Below, piece by piece: positions 38,202-47,763 of a stretch of 64,000 bases of DNA. Numbering within the stretch: the stretch's first letter is position 1; each line of letters starts with the position of its first letter. The stretch is taken from positions 1,971 to 65,970 of the forward strand of contig CAZBBO010000015.1 in NCBI GenBank assembly GCA_964490345.1. The letters run 5' to 3'. The notes beneath the pieces are model-generated. The model saw only the letters and a list, made by a program, of their open reading frames with translations, ran no database searches and was not told where the DNA came from. The stretch is from an uncultured Ferruginibacter sp. Lineage in GTDB: Bacteria > Bacteroidota > Bacteroidia > Chitinophagales > Chitinophagaceae. The position numbers were made by a program, and so were the translations under genes.

Positions 38202-40196
38202 ATGGAAGATTTTAGTGGAGTATTGAATTTGTATAGGCGTTTATCAACACGTGAAGTAAAGGTGGGTGATTTGTTGTTAGGAAATGGACATCCTATTAGG
38301 GTTCAAACCATGACTACAACAGATACGATGAATACTATTGAAACAGTTGAGCAAGTGATTAGGTGTGTAAATGCCGGTGCAGAAATAGTGCGTATTACCG
38401 CTCCTTCAAAGAAGGAGGCGGAGAACTTAGCAGAAATAAAAAAAATGCTGCATAGCAGAGGTTGCCATGTTCCATTAGTTGCAGATATTCATTTCACACC
38501 TAATGCTGCTGAAATCGCCGCACGTATTGTTGAAAAAGTTCGGATTAATCCTGGTAATTATATTGATAAAAAGAAATTTGAACACCTTAATTATACTGAT
38601 GAGGTCTATCTTGAAGAGATTGAACGTATTAGAAAGCGATTCACACCATTAGTTGAGATTTGTAAACAATATGGTACCGCTATGCGAATTGGTACAAATC
38701 ATGGTAGTCTTAGCGATAGAATAATGAGTAGGTATGGCGATACTGCGCTTGGAATGGTTGAAAGTGCGATGGAATTTCTTCGTATTGCCCGTAGCCTCGA
38801 TTATCACAATATTATTTTAAGCATGAAGAGCAGTAACCCACAGGTCATGATTCAAGCATACCGGCTGCTTATTCATCACATGATGAAGGAATTTGAAGAA
38901 TGTTATCCGCTTCATCTTGGGGTAACTGAGGCTGGTGATGGAGAAGATGGAAGAATTAAATCAGCTATTGGAATAGGAACTTTACTTGAAGATGGTATTG
39001 GTGATACCATTAGAGTTAGCCTTACTGAAGATCCTGAGTTTGAAATTCCTGTTTGTTTTGATTTGGTTAAACGATATAACTCACGGATAAGTACAAACGA
39101 AAAGGATTCCTTTCTTCAGTCGGCCTATTCTCCCTATAGTTATGAACGTAGAAAAACGCATAGTATTAGACAAGTGGGTGGCAAACATGTGCCGGTGGTG
39201 ATGGCTGATTTTAGCCGTGATGAGAAGATTTCACCTGCTGTGATGCGACATATTGGTTACACTTTTCGTGTAGAGTCGCGCAAATGGCATATTGCCGATG
39301 CTGCAGCAGATTATGTTTTTACCGGAAATAAAACAGTTGATTTTATGTTGCCCGGACCATTGAGTGTTGTTTGTAATTATAATACTTGGGTTAAAGAAAA
39401 AAGAGAGAAACATTTTCCATTATTTACAGAGAATGAGTTTTTAAATCCTGATAAGGAAAAGGATTCGATGTTGAATTTCATTCTTGTTGAAGCAGATACA
39501 ATAAGCAATAAACTTCTTGCTGAAATTGCTTTAGATGAAACGGTTGTTTTATGTCTTTATTCAGATGCAGAAAATGCGATGCAACGTATGCGAAAATGGG
39601 TGAATGATTTGATGCTGAAAAAAATTACAACACCAGTTCTTTTAACTGTACGAAGTAATCATTCTACTGTAGATGAGCAACTTATTCATTTTTCTATTTT
39701 AACCGGAGGACTATTTATAGATGGAATGGGCGATGGGATTTGGTTAACTAATAATCCGGCCGTCATGCAAAACACTCAGGTATCCGGCAGAACTTATTTG
39801 AATGCATCCAATAATCATAGCTTTCTGCATAATACCGCATTTTCAATTTTACAGGCATCCCGAACCAGAATCTCAAAAACAGAATTTATTAGTTGTCCAA
39901 GTTGTGGTAGAACATTGTTTGATTTACAAGAAACGACTACTCGTGTTCGAAATGTTACCAGCCATTTAAAAGGATTAAAAATTGCCATTATGGGTTGTAT
40001 TGTTAATGGGCCGGGTGAAATGGCAGATGCTGATTTTGGATATGTAGGAAACGGACCGGGAAAGATATCATTATATAAAGGGAAAGAGATTGTTAAGAAA
40101 AACATTGATAGCGAAGTGGCGGTTGATGAACTAATCCAATTGTTAAAGGATAATAACGTTTGGATAGAGCCCCCTCAGGTTACAAAAGAAATTTAA
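38202..40196 (+). CDS. ispG: 4-hydroxy-3-methylbut-2-enyl diphosphate synthase, long form with inserted domain
   Basis: 664 aa. TIM-barrel N-terminal domain (VQTMTTTDT, RINPGN), large insert, and C-terminal 4Fe-4S domain (CPSCGRT...GCIVNGPGE). Confidence 0.9.
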   Translation: MEDFSGVLNLYRRLSTREVKVGDLLLGNGHPIRVQTMTTTDTMNTIETVEQVIRCVNAGAEIVRITAPSKKEAENLAEIKKMLHSRGCHVPLVADIHFTPNAAEIAARIVEKVRINPGNYIDKKKFEHLNYTDEVYLEEIERIRKRFTPLVEICKQYGTAMRIGTNHGSLSDRIMSRYGDTALGMVESAMEFLRIARSLDYHNIILSMKSSNPQVMIQAYRLLIHHMMKEFEECYPLHLGVTEAGDGEDGRIKSAIGIGTLLEDGIGDTIRVSLTEDPEFEIPVCFDLVKRYNSRISTNEKDSFLQSAYSPYSYERRKTHSIRQVGGKHVPVVMADFSRDEKISPAVMRHIGYTFRVESRKWHIADAAADYVFTGNKTVDFMLPGPLSVVCNYNTWVKEKREKHFPLFTENEFLNPDKEKDSMLNFILVEADTISNKLLAEIALDETVVLCLYSDAENAMQRMRKWVNDLMLKKITTPVLLTVRSNHSTVDEQLIHFSILTGGLFIDGMGDGIWLTNNPAVMQNTQVSGRTYLNASNNHSFLHNTAFSILQASRTRISKTEFISCPSCGRTLFDLQETTTRVRNVTSHLKGLKIAIMGCIVNGPGEMADADFGYVGNGPGKISLYKGKEIVKKNIDSEVAVDELIQLLKDNNVWIEPPQVTKEI

Positions 40197-40200
40197 GGTT

Positions 40201-41799
40201 ATGCAAACAGATTTTTTGGTTATTGGGTCGGGTATTGCAGGACTAACCTATGCTATTAAAATGGCTGAAAAGTTTCCTGATAAGAAAATTACGGTTTTAA
40301 CTAAAACGGTTGGTGATGAGTCAAATACAAAATATGCCCAGGGTGGTGTAGCCGGGGTAACCGATTTGCTTAGAGATAGTTTTGATAAACATATTGAGGA
40401 TACACTCATTTCGGGAGATGGGTTGTGTGTACCAAATGTTGTTGATTTTGTGGTACGAGAAGGCGTGAAACGAATTCAGGAAATAATAGCCTGGGGCACC
40501 CGTTTTGATAGAGATGATGAAGGTGATTTTAAATTAGGAAAGGAGGGTGGGCACAGTGAGAATAGAATACTTCATCATAAGGATATTACCGGATGGGAAA
40601 TAGAGCGCGCACTATTAAAAAAAGCTGAAAAACTTTCTAATATAGAATTATTACACCACCATTTTGTGCTGGATTTAATTACACAACATCATCTTGGTTA
40701 TTTAGTTACCAAATCAACCCCTGATATTGTGTGTTACGGGGTGTACGTTTTAAATCAACAAACAAGAAAAGTATTTACACTTCAGGCTAAATGCACCTTA
40801 ATTGCATCGGGAGGAAATGGGCAGGTGTATAGAAGCACAACTAATCCGGCTGTGGCAACAGGAGATGGAGTTGCTATGGTTTACAGGGCAAAGGGCAGGA
40901 TTGAAGATATGGAGTTTATTCAATTTCATCCTACAGCACTGTATGAACCCGGGGTAAGAGGACAATCATTTCTAATTACTGAGGCAGTAAGAGGGGATGG
41001 CGGAATTTTGAGAAATGATAGCGGAGAAGCCTTTATGGAGAATTATGATAAGCGTAAAGATTTAGCTCCCCGGGATATTGTGGCGCGGGCTATTGATAAG
41101 GAAATGAAAAAGCAGGGTACAGAATATGTTTTTCTTGATTGCAGGCAAATGGATATGGGAAAATTTAAAGAGCATTTTCCAAATATCCTTTCAAAGTGTA
41201 ACAGTATTGGCATTGATGTGTCAAAACAAATGATACCTGTTGCGCCGGCAGCCCATTACAGTTGTGGCGGAATAAAAACAGATGAGTTTGGCCAAACTTC
41301 AATTAAGCAATTATTTGCGGCGGGTGAGTGCGCATGTACCGGATTGCATGGTGCCAATAGGCTGGCAAGCAACTCCTTGTTGGAAGCAATGGTGTTTGCA
41401 CATCGAAGTTTTCTTTCTGTTTCAAAATTGTTCCACTCAATACCGGATATACCAGAAATTCCCGAATGGGACGCAAAGGACACTAAAGCGCCGGTAGAAA
41501 TGATTTTGATTACACAAAGTTTGAAAGAATTAAAACAGGTGATGAGCGATTATGTGGGTATTGTGCGTAATGATGTTCGTTTGGCTCGGGCAAGTAGAAG
41601 GCTTGATGTTTTGCATGAAGAAACCGAAAAGCTATATCAATGTACCGAAGTTTCTCCTGTGCTTTGCGAATTGCGTAATATGATTACAGTAGCATATCTA
41701 ATTGTAAAATCTGCAGGATTTAGAAAAGAGAGTAGAGGGTTGCATTTCAATACTGATTTTCCCTTTAAGAGTAATATCTTGCAGCATACAATATTGTAA
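40201..41799 (+). CDS. nadB: L-aspartate oxidase
   Basis: 532 aa. FAD motif VIGSGIAGL, YAQGG, HPT..., AGECACTGLHGANRLASNSLLE. Confidence 0.9.
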   Translation: MQTDFLVIGSGIAGLTYAIKMAEKFPDKKITVLTKTVGDESNTKYAQGGVAGVTDLLRDSFDKHIEDTLISGDGLCVPNVVDFVVREGVKRIQEIIAWGTRFDRDDEGDFKLGKEGGHSENRILHHKDITGWEIERALLKKAEKLSNIELLHHHFVLDLITQHHLGYLVTKSTPDIVCYGVYVLNQQTRKVFTLQAKCTLIASGGNGQVYRSTTNPAVATGDGVAMVYRAKGRIEDMEFIQFHPTALYEPGVRGQSFLITEAVRGDGGILRNDSGEAFMENYDKRKDLAPRDIVARAIDKEMKKQGTEYVFLDCRQMDMGKFKEHFPNILSKCNSIGIDVSKQMIPVAPAAHYSCGGIKTDEFGQTSIKQLFAAGECACTGLHGANRLASNSLLEAMVFAHRSFLSVSKLFHSIPDIPEIPEWDAKDTKAPVEMILITQSLKELKQVMSDYVGIVRNDVRLARASRRLDVLHEETEKLYQCTEVSPVLCELRNMITVAYLIVKSAGFRKESRGLHFNTDFPFKSNILQHTIL

Positions 41800-41806
41800 T
41801 TCCTGT

Positions 41807-42715
41807 TTGGCTATGTATTTTCTGCTGTATTCTTTATTTTATTTATTATCATTACTCCCACTTCGTATATTATATACCGTTAGTGACTTTGGCTTCTTTG
41901 TTATTTATACGCTTATTAAGTACCGACGTGATGTAGTGGCGGATAATCTAAAATTTAGCTTTCCGGAAAAGACCGTTGAAGAAAGGGAAGCTATAGCCAA
42001 GAAATTTTATAAGGGATTGATAGATTCTATGGTGGAAACCATTAAATTATTTTCTATTTCAGACAAGAAACTAAATAAGATGTTTGAAATAGATTTTTCA
42101 TTATTTAATGAATTGGCACCGTATCAACGTAGAATCCAGGTACAAAGCGCACATCAGATGAACTGGGAATTGGGTAATGTTGTTTTTGCAAAACATGCAC
42201 CTATTCCATGGGTAGGGGTTTATTTAAAACAGAATAATAAAACTATTGATAGAATTTTAGTAAAAGTTCGTTCTAGTACAGGAGGAGTTATGATTCCGGC
42301 ACAAGAGTTTAGAGCGAAATTTAGACATCTTCCTTTTGACCATTTTATTTTAACATTTGTTGCCGATCAAAGACCAGCAGTTGGAGAATCATCTTATTGG
42401 TTGAATTTTCTAAATCGCCCAACACCGTTTTTTGCTTCATTGGAAAAGACGGCAATTCGAAATGATGCTATATTAGTTTTTGTAAATACAGTTAAATTGA
42501 AGCGTGGCTTATATCGTTTTGAACCGCAGTTGATTACTATGAATAGTAGTAAGATGGCTCCGGGTGAAATAACCTTATGTTATCGTGACTTTTTAGAAAA
42601 ATCCATTCGCCAGCAGCCGGAAAACTATCTATGGTCTCACCGGCGCTGGAAAATGGATTTCAATCCGTTGTTAAAGAAACGATGGATTGACCATACTCCT
42701 CCTCCGCTCAAATAG
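41807..42715 (+). CDS. Lipid A biosynthesis late acyltransferase family protein (LpxL/HtrB-like)
   Basis: 302 aa. N-terminal LPLRILYTVSDFGFFVIY..YRRDVVADNLKFSFPEK block typical of PF03279-type acyltransferases. ATG at 41813 is an alternative start. Confidence 0.7.
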   Translation: MAMYFLLYSLFYLLSLLPLRILYTVSDFGFFVIYTLIKYRRDVVADNLKFSFPEKTVEEREAIAKKFYKGLIDSMVETIKLFSISDKKLNKMFEIDFSLFNELAPYQRRIQVQSAHQMNWELGNVVFAKHAPIPWVGVYLKQNNKTIDRILVKVRSSTGGVMIPAQEFRAKFRHLPFDHFILTFVADQRPAVGESSYWLNFLNRPTPFFASLEKTAIRNDAILVFVNTVKLKRGLYRFEPQLITMNSSKMAPGEITLCYRDFLEKSIRQQPENYLWSHRRWKMDFNPLLKKRWIDHTPPPLK

Positions 42716-42956
42716 TGTCCGGCTCTGCAACCATCATAGAAAGATCTGAAATTAATTGCATGTTTTGCGTGTACAATAGAGTAGCTTCTACCCTGTTTCT
42801 AACGCCCAGCTTACGATAAATACTTCTGGCATGTTTTTTTACAGTTTCAGGGGAAATAAAAATTTTCCCCGCAATTTCCTTGTAATACAAGCCTTTCGAT
42901 AATTCGCGGATTACCTCTAATTCGCGGCGAGTGAGTAGTGTTTGTGTTGTTTTCAT
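42708..42956 (-). CDS. Stand-alone LuxR/GerE-type HTH protein (82 aa)
   Basis: LTRRELEVIRELSKGLYYKEIAGKIFISPETVKKHARSIYRKLGV. The track ORF extends to 43022, but ATG 42956 (MKTTQ) is the likely start. No receiver domain. Confidence 0.75.
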   Translation of the reverse strand: MKTTQTLLTRRELEVIRELSKGLYYKEIAGKIFISPETVKKHARSIYRKLGVRNRVEATLLYTQNMQLISDLSMMVAEPDTI

Positions 42957-43104
42957 GGTACGAGTTTTTGATTGGTACAAAGATGTATCCTCCAAAAAAC
43001 AAATCCATGAGTGAAATAACAAATGTGATTGTAACTTTTCTTAGTTTGTGATGAATAAAACAAACATTTTTTTCGTGATTTTTCTCATTAAGGGGGGTAG
43101 AAAA

Positions 43105-44508
43105 TCAATTTAGTGCTTCAGTTTCCTGAACGATTTTTACATTTTGCTGTAGTTTAATTTTATCCCATCCTCCTAACACATTACGCAGGTTGTGATACCC
43201 TTGTCTTTTTAACAATGATGCGGCAATAACACTACGATAACCACCTGCACAGTGAATATATATATTTTCACTTTCTTCCAACCCTGCGAGTTGAGCAATA
43301 TCATACATATCCTGTAGTGGCATGTTTACTGCATTGACGAGATGGCCTTCGGCAAATTCCATTTCTCTACGTACATCCAATACCGTTAGTTTTGGGTCAA
43401 ATGGTATATCCATCAGTAATTCATCAGGTTCAATATCAATGATCATGTCAATGGGCTCATTAGCCTCTTGCCAAGCATGGAATCCCCCTTTTAAAAAGCC
43501 ACTTATCCTACTAAAACCCACACGTGCTAAACGAGTAACAACCTCTTCCTCTTTTCCTTTATCAGCTATTAATACCATCTGCTTGTCAAAAGGAAGTAAA
43601 GAACCGGCCCACTCTGCAAACCTTCCCTCTAGCCCGATAAATATTGACCCCGGTATAAAGCCTTGAGTAAATTCAGTGGCATGGCGGGTATCTAGTATAA
43701 GCGTTTCAGTATTGAGCGTTTTTTTAAGTACAGAAACATCTAATACCTTCATTGCTTTGGATAATACTTCTTTTAAACTTTCATATCCTTGCTGATTAAT
43801 CATGGCATTTATAGAAAAATATTTAGGAGTAGTAGAAAGGCCACTCATTACAGCTTTTACAAAAGCTTCTTTTGTTTGAGCTTGTAAAGCATAATTAGTT
43901 TTCTTCTGCTCACCCATTGTGCTGGATGTTTCAAGGCCCAAACTTTTGCCACAAGTACTTCCCCGCCCGTGCGCAGGATAAACCAATACATTATCCGGAA
44001 GGGTTATTAACTTTTGATGAATACTATCATACATCATGCCCGCAAGTTCGTCACTACTCATATCGCCACTACTAAGACCCGGGCGGCCTACGTCTCCAAC
44101 AAATAGAGTATCACCACTAAACAAAGCATAAGGCTCCTTTTTTTCGTTATAGAGTAAATAACAAGTACTTTCTATGGTATGGCCTGGAGTATGTAATATT
44201 TCTATAAAAATATTGCCTAATAAAAAGAGTTCCTTGTCTTTACTTTGATAAATATTATAGTTTGCTTTTGCTCCCGGCCCAAATATTATAGGAGCACCGG
44301 TTTCGTTACTGAGATCAATATGACCACTTATAAAGTCAGCATGAAAGTGAGTTTCAAAAATAAATTTAATCTTTGATTTTCGCTGTTCTGCGAAGGCTAT
44401 ATAACTGTTTATGTCTCTTAACGGATCTATTATAGCTGCTTCCCCATTACTTTCTATATAATATGCAGCCTCACTTAGGCAGGAGGTGTAAAACTGTTTA
44501 ATGAACAT
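43105..44508 (-). CDS. MBL-fold persulfide-dioxygenase-like domain fused to two rhodanese domains (CstB/Blh-like)
   Basis: 467 aa. ETHFHADFISGH, HTPGHT and GDTLFVGDVGRP. The first rhodanese-like domain lacks the catalytic Cys (LIADKGKEE). The second has IHCAGGYRS. Confidence 0.75.
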   Translation of the reverse strand: MFIKQFYTSCLSEAAYYIESNGEAAIIDPLRDINSYIAFAEQRKSKIKFIFETHFHADFISGHIDLSNETGAPIIFGPGAKANYNIYQSKDKELFLLGNIFIEILHTPGHTIESTCYLLYNEKKEPYALFSGDTLFVGDVGRPGLSSGDMSSDELAGMMYDSIHQKLITLPDNVLVYPAHGRGSTCGKSLGLETSSTMGEQKKTNYALQAQTKEAFVKAVMSGLSTTPKYFSINAMINQQGYESLKEVLSKAMKVLDVSVLKKTLNTETLILDTRHATEFTQGFIPGSIFIGLEGRFAEWAGSLLPFDKQMVLIADKGKEEEVVTRLARVGFSRISGFLKGGFHAWQEANEPIDMIIDIEPDELLMDIPFDPKLTVLDVRREMEFAEGHLVNAVNMPLQDMYDIAQLAGLEESENIYIHCAGGYRSVIAASLLKRQGYHNLRNVLGGWDKIKLQQNVKIVQETEALN

Positions 44509-44576
44509 AAAGTCTTTTTTGTAAAATTAAAAAGCGGATGAAATTTCACCCGCTTTAATTTCATAAGTAGATTGAA

Positions 44577-44930
44577 TTAGGCAACCATTTCCTCCACACA
44601 TTGATTTAATTCATCAATACGCTTATAGTTAACCAAGTAATAAATAAATTTACCCTCACGTTGAGTGGTTACCACACCGGCTCTACGCATTATGGCCAAA
44701 TGTTGTGAGGCTACAGATTGTTCCAAACGTAAACGAACATAAATTTCCGTTACGGTAATTTTCTTTTCAGATTCAATTAAAGCAAGAATCTGTTGTCTTA
44801 ACTTGTGATTTAACGCACGCAATACCATTGAGGCCTTTTTTACATTTCCATAATTGATGTTAATTTCTCCAGCCTTAGTGGTAGATTCCTTTTCAACCGT
44901 GAGGTTATTATCTTGTCTTGCAATCATCAT
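44577..44930 (-). CDS. ArsR/SmtB-family winged-helix transcriptional regulator
   Basis: 117 aa. LRALNHKLRQQILALI...TVTEIYVRLRLEQSVASQHLAIMRRAGVV. A TATATTTG -7 box lies on the minus strand at 44975..44968. Confidence 0.8.
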   Translation of the reverse strand: MMIARQDNNLTVEKESTTKAGEININYGNVKKASMVLRALNHKLRQQILALIESEKKITVTEIYVRLRLEQSVASQHLAIMRRAGVVTTQREGKFIYYLVNYKRIDELNQCVEEMVA

Positions 44931-45050
44931 ATTTTTTTTTAATTGTGGGTAAACAAATGAACAAATTCAAATATACGCAGATAATCATATTTTTCCTTCT
45001 CTTTTTATGTTAAAAAATTCATTAACAGTTACTTACGCATAGAAAAATTA

Positions 45051-45710
45051 CTACCCATTATAGAAATCTTTTGAATAAAAAGGCTGTGCATCCACAAGAT
45101 TTGTCCATTTTTTTTCAACCATCATTTGTTGAGAAATGAATGCCAGTTCATTAGCAAGGTTGGGCTCAGGAAGCTTGATTATATGGTTATGTTTATTTAA
45201 GCCATAAAATTTTTCACAGCCACTTCCGGAAAATACCACTTGATTGTTTTCTAAGAGATTTGAGAATGAATTTTCAGAAAGGATGAGATTTGATGGCGAG
45301 GTAACTTCAGTTAACGATTCATTATAAACTGCGTAAAAAACCTCAAGTCTTCTTGCATCAATCATAGGGAGATAAAAGCCCTTTTCTAATGGGTGAGCTT
45401 GTTTGGAAGCTAATGCCATTGCATATAAACGGTTAACCATCATTAATGGTAAACTCAATGCCAAACAAATACCTTTTGCAGAAGCCAAACCAACGCGAAT
45501 TCCTGTATAGGAGCCCGGGCCCTCAGTAACTAAAACACCACGGAGTAAATTAATCTGAATATTATTTTGGTTTAGCAATGCTTGGATTGCCGGATGAATA
45601 AAAGCAGCATGGTTTTTCTGTTGGGTATTATTTTTCTGGGCTATTATTTTCCCTTCATTTGCTAAAGCCACTAATGCGGTTTCTGTTGTAGTATCAATCA
45701 ATAAAATCAT
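45051..45710 (-). CDS. tsaB: tRNA t6A37 biosynthesis protein TsaB
   Basis: MILLIDTTTETALVAL..., GPGSYTGIRVGLASAKG. The track ORF start (45827) would overlap the upstream gene by 115 nt; ATG 45710 directly follows that gene's stop. Confidence 0.85.
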   Translation of the reverse strand: MILLIDTTTETALVALANEGKIIAQKNNTQQKNHAAFIHPAIQALLNQNNIQINLLRGVLVTEGPGSYTGIRVGLASAKGICLALSLPLMMVNRLYAMALASKQAHPLEKGFYLPMIDARRLEVFYAVYNESLTEVTSPSNLILSENSFSNLLENNQVVFSGSGCEKFYGLNKHNHIIKLPEPNLANELAFISQQMMVEKKWTNLVDAQPFYSKDFYNG

Positions 45711-45712
45711 GC

Positions 45713-46318
45713 TTATTGAATTTGACTTGCTTGTATTAAGAGTTTTGAAGGAAGATAGCTTTTGTCGGTAACGGATAATGAATTTAGTAGTTTGGCAATA
45801 TTGGCTATTCCAATTTTCTCTGCCCACTCAAAGGGTCCGAAAGGATAACCGGTGCCCAGTTTCATGGCTACATCAATTTCAGCGGGGGTACTCACTTTGT
45901 CTTCAAGTGCTAGATAGGCTTCATTAACAATCATTGCAATTACCCTTGGTGCAATAAAGCCGGAAGCATCAATTACAAAATTAAATTTCTTTTCCAAGGC
46001 TTCTTCAATACCCTTTGTATCTTCATCCATCACTCCGGAAACTTCCCAAATCTGTCGCTTTAAAAATTCAGGCCATCCATTAAAACGAATAATATTTCTT
46101 GAGCAGTTATCAGGAATAGTAGAAAGCACATTGTTAATTAAAACGGGCTTATTAGCAGGGTAATTTACAAAACCTGATTCTGGGAAAAAATTAATAAAGG
46201 CATCCGCGTCTCCATGTTCAAAAAATGAAGAGATATCTCCAACACGTAAAAAAGAAGATTTCCTCATCACACCGGCTTCTGCCAAAATATTATCCGGCCC
46301 ACAAATAACTATTTTCAT
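45713..46318 (-). CDS. 3-hydroxyacyl-CoA dehydrogenase-family protein, short form with degenerate NAD-binding N-terminus
   Basis: C-terminal block RVIAMIVNEAYLALEDKVSTPAEIDVAMKLGTGYPFGPFEWAEKIG is typical HADH C-domain. The N-terminus MKIVICGPDN lacks GxGxxG. Start chosen at ATG 46318. Confidence 0.65.
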   Translation of the reverse strand: MKIVICGPDNILAEAGVMRKSSFLRVGDISSFFEHGDADAFINFFPESGFVNYPANKPVLINNVLSTIPDNCSRNIIRFNGWPEFLKRQIWEVSGVMDEDTKGIEEALEKKFNFVIDASGFIAPRVIAMIVNEAYLALEDKVSTPAEIDVAMKLGTGYPFGPFEWAEKIGIANIAKLLNSLSVTDKSYLPSKLLIQASQIQ

Positions 46319-46383
46319 GTTTTCTTTTTGCAAAAATAGGTGGTTAATAAGGGATATATTTGTACTCAATTAAAATTAGCGTT

Positions 46384-46767
46384 ATGTCTGCAAAAATTAT
46401 CTATACTAAGCAAGCCCCGGAGCCCATCGGTCCATATAGCCAGGCTGTTGCTGCCGGAAATATGTTGTTTATTTCAGGTCAAATTCCAATAAATCCACAA
46501 ACGGGCGAGTTAGTTACTTCATCAATTAAAGAAGAAGCTCTTCAGGTAATGAAAAATTTATCTGCTATTTTGAAAGAAGCTGGATTAGATTTTTCACATG
46601 TAGTTAAAACATCCATTTTTTTATCGGACATGCAATTATTTGGTGTAGTGAATGAGGTATATGCCGCTTTTTTTTCTGGAAATTATCCGGCAAGAGAAAC
46701 GGTAGCCGTGAAGACACTTCCTCGTAGTGTTAATGTTGAAATTAGTATGATTGCCTTGCTGCCATGA
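46384..46767 (+). CDS. ridA: RidA (YjgF/TdcF) family reactive-intermediate deaminase
   Basis: APEPIGPYSQAV...ISGQIP...PARETVAVKTLPRSVNVEI. ATG 46384 preferred over the track start. Confidence 0.88.
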   Translation: MSAKIIYTKQAPEPIGPYSQAVAAGNMLFISGQIPINPQTGELVTSSIKEEALQVMKNLSAILKEAGLDFSHVVKTSIFLSDMQLFGVVNEVYAAFFSGNYPARETVAVKTLPRSVNVEISMIALLP

Positions 46768-47681
46768 TATTAATTACAGCCCCTGCACATCCGTATTTAA
46801 TAAAAACACTTTTGGCTAAAGGATATGAGGTGGAATATCGGCCGGATATTAGTTATGATGAACTCTTTTCCTTGGCGCCATCTGTAGAAGGATTAATTGT
46901 TACTACTCGATTAAGGGTTGATAAATCGTTAATTGACAATGCGCCTAAGTTGAAGTGGATTGGTCGTTTAGGAAGCGGTATGGAATTGATTGATGTTGAT
47001 TATGCACGAGCCAAGAATATCATCTGCCAAAGCAGCCCCGAAGGTAACCGAATTGCTGTTGCTGAACATGCGTTAGGCCTGTTGATTGCGTTACAAAGGA
47101 ATATTGTGAAGAGCAATGAAGAGGTTAAACATAACAGATGGCTTCGGGTTGAGAACCGTGGATTTGAAATTTCCGGAAAAACAATTGGAATAATCGGATA
47201 TGGGAACACTGGAAGTTCATTTGCAAAATTGCTTAGCGGTTTTGATGTTACCTTATTAGTGTTTGATAAATACAAGTTTAATTTTGGCGCCGGAAATATT
47301 AAGGAGGCAAACTTGGAACAGATTTGCCGCTATGCTGATGTGATTAGTTTTCATATTCCATTAACAAATGAAACATTCCGAATGGCAAATGATGATTTTT
47401 TTAACGCATTAATAAATCGTCCGGTTATTTTAAACACATCTCGGGGAGGGGTGATAAATACGGCTTCATTATTGACGGCTTTAGAAAATGAAAGGATTTC
47501 CGGTGCAGGGTTAGATGTGCTTGAGAATGAAGAACTTTCTTCTTATAGCCAGGAAGAGAATGAAATGCTGGAAAACTTAAATGCACATTCCAGAGTAATT
47601 ATAACTCCACATATCGCAGGGTATTCTCAAGAGGCTTTCTTAAAAATGAGTACTGTGTTAATAGAAAAATTAAATTTATAA
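46764..47681 (+). CDS. D-isomer-specific 2-hydroxyacid dehydrogenase (phosphoglycerate dehydrogenase-like)
   Basis: 305 aa. NAD motif IGIIGYGNTGSSFA, SRGGVIN and TPHIAGYS. Confidence 0.8.
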   Translation: MILITAPAHPYLIKTLLAKGYEVEYRPDISYDELFSLAPSVEGLIVTTRLRVDKSLIDNAPKLKWIGRLGSGMELIDVDYARAKNIICQSSPEGNRIAVAEHALGLLIALQRNIVKSNEEVKHNRWLRVENRGFEISGKTIGIIGYGNTGSSFAKLLSGFDVTLLVFDKYKFNFGAGNIKEANLEQICRYADVISFHIPLTNETFRMANDDFFNALINRPVILNTSRGGVINTASLLTALENERISGAGLDVLENEELSSYSQEENEMLENLNAHSRVIITPHIAGYSQEAFLKMSTVLIEKLNL

Positions 47682-47706
47682 GCAATGGTTACTTTCTAAA
47701 TTTTAT

Positions 47707-47714
47707 TATATTTG
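47707..47714 (+). promoter_or_regulatory. -7 promoter box TATATTTG upstream of greA leader
   Basis: TAnnTTTG match 13 nt upstream of the hairpin at 47727. No clean -33 TTTG. Confidence 0.3.
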
Positions 47715-47726
47715 TATAAATACGTG

Positions 47727-47763
47727 CAACGCTTTGGTATATGCCGAAGCGTTGTATTTTTTT
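47727..47763 (+). terminator. Strong intrinsic terminator between the dehydrogenase gene and greA (possible greA leader attenuator)
   Basis: CAACGCTT(47727-34)/AAGCGTTG(47747-54) 8-bp stem, extendable by GG/CC inside the loop, followed by TATTTTTTT (47755-63). greA ATG is 20 nt downstream. Confidence 0.65.

Noticed and set aside
43092-43097. G6 tract between the MBL-rhodanese gene and the LuxR-solo gene, and A9/T9 at 44932..44940 upstream of the ArsR gene, as phase-variation tracts.
   Set aside because: The tracts are too short for efficient slipped-strand switching. The G6 is not within a promoter spacer I can define, and the A-run directly upstream of a start codon is the usual A-rich initiation context in Bacteroidota.
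45711-45827. N-terminal 39-codon extension of the tsaB ORF as given in the track.
   Set aside because: It would overlap the upstream HADH-like gene by 115 nt. TsaB homology begins at MILLIDTT (ATG 45710), immediately after that gene's stop.
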